Below are positions 61,902-64,000 of a stretch of DNA of 64,000 bases, in pieces (the stretch's first letter is position 1; every line of letters begins with the position of its first letter). This DNA is from Squalus acanthias. Taxonomy: Eukaryota. Where the stretch lies: the NCBI GenBank assembly GCA_030390025.1, contig JASTWF010000343.1, positions 186,001-250,000 of the forward strand, written 5' to 3'. Below the pieces are notes generated by a model. It did no database searches, was not told the origin of the DNA, and saw only the letters and a list, made by a program, of their open reading frames with translations. A program made the translations under genes and the position numbers.

Positions 61902-64000
61902 TTACAAGCATTGCTTTAAGTCTAAATTATAAACAGTCATGTCACGCCTAGAATCTCTGCAGATTACACCTCGCAGAATACATATTTTAATCAATACAAT
62001 AAACGTTAATATCATTTGGATGGGTAAGATTGCCAAAGAAACCATGCTGCACAGTGGGTATTGTCCCACGTTATATGTGGTTTCCCACCAACTGCTACTC
62101 CCTAGTGCCATCATCTCTCTCTGGGTTCTATCATTGCTTTGTTGCATCTGGACCAAGTGTATTTGCGAAGTTGAAGTTCTCTCTATAATGGCTTTAAGAT
62201 TTAGGGATAGGGGTGGAATTGGATGTCCAAAGTTAACCACTGCTCTCAGGGCTTCTGCTTGCATTTAAAAGTTCACTGTTAGTTCGGTAATATTGTGAAT
62301 TATTACAGGTGGGAGGTTTTGGCTGGCTATTCGGACCATTTGTGTGGGTTTAAAGCAAAAGGTAGGATAGTCTATTGGATATTCATCCTGCCCATGCTGG
62401 CATGATTTAGCACGAGTGGTGACGCAATAGTTGCCCATTTTTAGATAAACATAATTTATCCGGTCTAATCCCCACCTTTGCATATTCATACTACAGAGGG
62501 GTGAGTCTGAGTCTAGTGTGAACCCACAGGCGGGCCGACTTGGTCTCCTGACATCGCAACAGCACATGTAAACCCCACTATATTCGGTGCAACACCCCAT
62601 ATTTGGACTGTCCCAGGTATCATTTCGCTTAATCAGGGTGAGGGGGTGGGGTGATGCAGAAGACTGATGGAACCTGCCTTCCAGCATCCCTATCGACTCC
62701 ACCTTAAATACTTCCCAAGGACTCATCTTGTGTACCTGCGGGAACCACAATACGACCTGAACGATTGGCTGACGGTCATAATCCCCATTTACTCTCAGTA
62801 AATATACTAATCCCTGCTCACTTGCCTCTTTTACATTTTAGTCATTATCATAATGGAGCCACTTCCTAATCATGGAATCATTGACCAATGAGGGGACTCG
62901 GTTACGTTCTATTTCCCTTAACCCTGCCATCACTTGGTCCATCATATAACTCCCATAAATTTAACTTACCATAGCTCCTGAGATGTCTTGTTCTGTTTTA
63001 TTAATCCCTTTTGTCGCATTGTTAAATTGATCCTGCATTTGTCTGTATACTTCTGATTCGCCTCGTGTGGTTATCAGCATATTCTCTAATTCCTGTATGG
63101 TGTCTGAATCTCCCTTATTCATGTTAGGTAGAAGGCCTTTCAACTCTCTTCTCATTACCTCGTCTTCTTCCCAGATAGTTTACATATCTACCCTGTTCAA
63201 GACAGTGGTTCCCGCGGTGGCTCCTAACCCTAACCATTCTCGCAGGCCTCTCTTTGTTCTCAGGTGGCTGCTATTACGACCTGAAATGCTGACCATTGCG
63301 CAAATCTGTTCTACATCCCACGAACCCCATCTGTCTTGGGCATGGTTTTTATCTAAACAATCCTTTACCATTTTCCTCACCAAGTGATCTTAATATCTGC
63401 AGTGTCCTGTAGGACATACATTTCTGGGAAAGGGAATACCTTTAAAATTAAAGATTACCGGTATAATTTCGTACCGAACATCACTATACAATTATTCATA
63501 GCTACGGGTGACAACCAATCCGTTTGATGGTCCTTTTGTTATTAATGGGCATCTCCTATTTTTATACTTGTCGCTTTTCCTTTGTAAACTTGTCTCCTCC
63601 GTTCTTCCCCTGATCTCCATCTGTTGTATTTGTCCTTGCCTGGGTCTCTCTTTGTGCTCCACATTAAAGCAGCCTATCATTCCCCTATGTCTTTTACCTA
63701 TTTTGAGCCAATTCAGTCTATTCAAACTCTGTCCCATATATGGGATCCCCTCACTATTTAGTGTAATCTCAACCATTTTGTCGAATCCAAAACGCTGGAT
63801 CTACAAACTTTAATTTTCCTAATTGAAACTTTGGGGTTACTTGAACATTGTCTTTAGTACATAGACACTCTATTTTAATCCCTTCGCCCTCTCTGGCCCG
63901 TAAATATGGGGTCCCATAGTCGTATTTTCAGGTTCACAATAACCACAGTACACAGTCATATCGCATCCGTCTCCTGAAGCCGCTCCCCATTCCAATGATG
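61902..64000 (-). pseudogene. env: Envelope (fusion) glycoprotein remnant of an ERV; 5' part is beyond the window
   Basis: Five ORF-track segments (63492-63776, 63180-63383, 62961-63155, 62265-62750, 61902-62264) share one frame. They show a furin site RTKR, a fusion-peptide-like GLREWLGLGATAGTTVLN, a helical region, a Cys-rich region and a C-terminal TM helix MVSLAILPIQMILTFIVLIKICIL. Confidence 0.82.

Overview
Repeat-saturated vertebrate genomic DNA. It is most likely from a cartilaginous fish (shark or ray), judging by a tRNA/V-domain HE1-type SINE, dominant CR1 LINEs with SGNH-esterase ORF1, and a GPR139-like exon of the type expanded in chondrichthyans. Most of the window is nested, decayed CR1 LINEs, plus L2, RTE, a second jockey/CR1-group LINE family, a Penelope-like element, a PIF/Harbinger-like non-autonomous element, four minisatellites, and the 3' LTR plus env remnant of an endogenous retrovirus at the right edge. 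Host-gene material is scarce and all on the minus strand: the first coding exon of a GPR139-like GPCR (43-265, missed by the ORF track), a candidate promoter with two spliced exons (about 11055-11740), and two pseudo-exon copies of kanadaptin (SLC4A1AP) carried by a local segmental duplication. The most unusual observations are: (1) a 284-bp-arm near-perfect palindrome that reads as a fold-back duplication of target DNA at the 5' junction of a CR1 insertion; (2) a tail-out Penelope insertion with hammerhead ribozyme motifs, inserted into an ETS/CRE/YY1 motif array; (3) an env with a very long Cys-rich post-furin subunit and no gamma-type CX6CC motif; (4) a 47-bp minisatellite born from the CR1 [11 protein letters not shown] coding motif; (5) a CR1 subfamily with a tandemly duplicated 3' terminal element. 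No intact autonomous element, rRNA or CRISPR array was seen. All family assignments are by eye and memory, not by database search, and element boundaries are approximate unless exact junctions are quoted.
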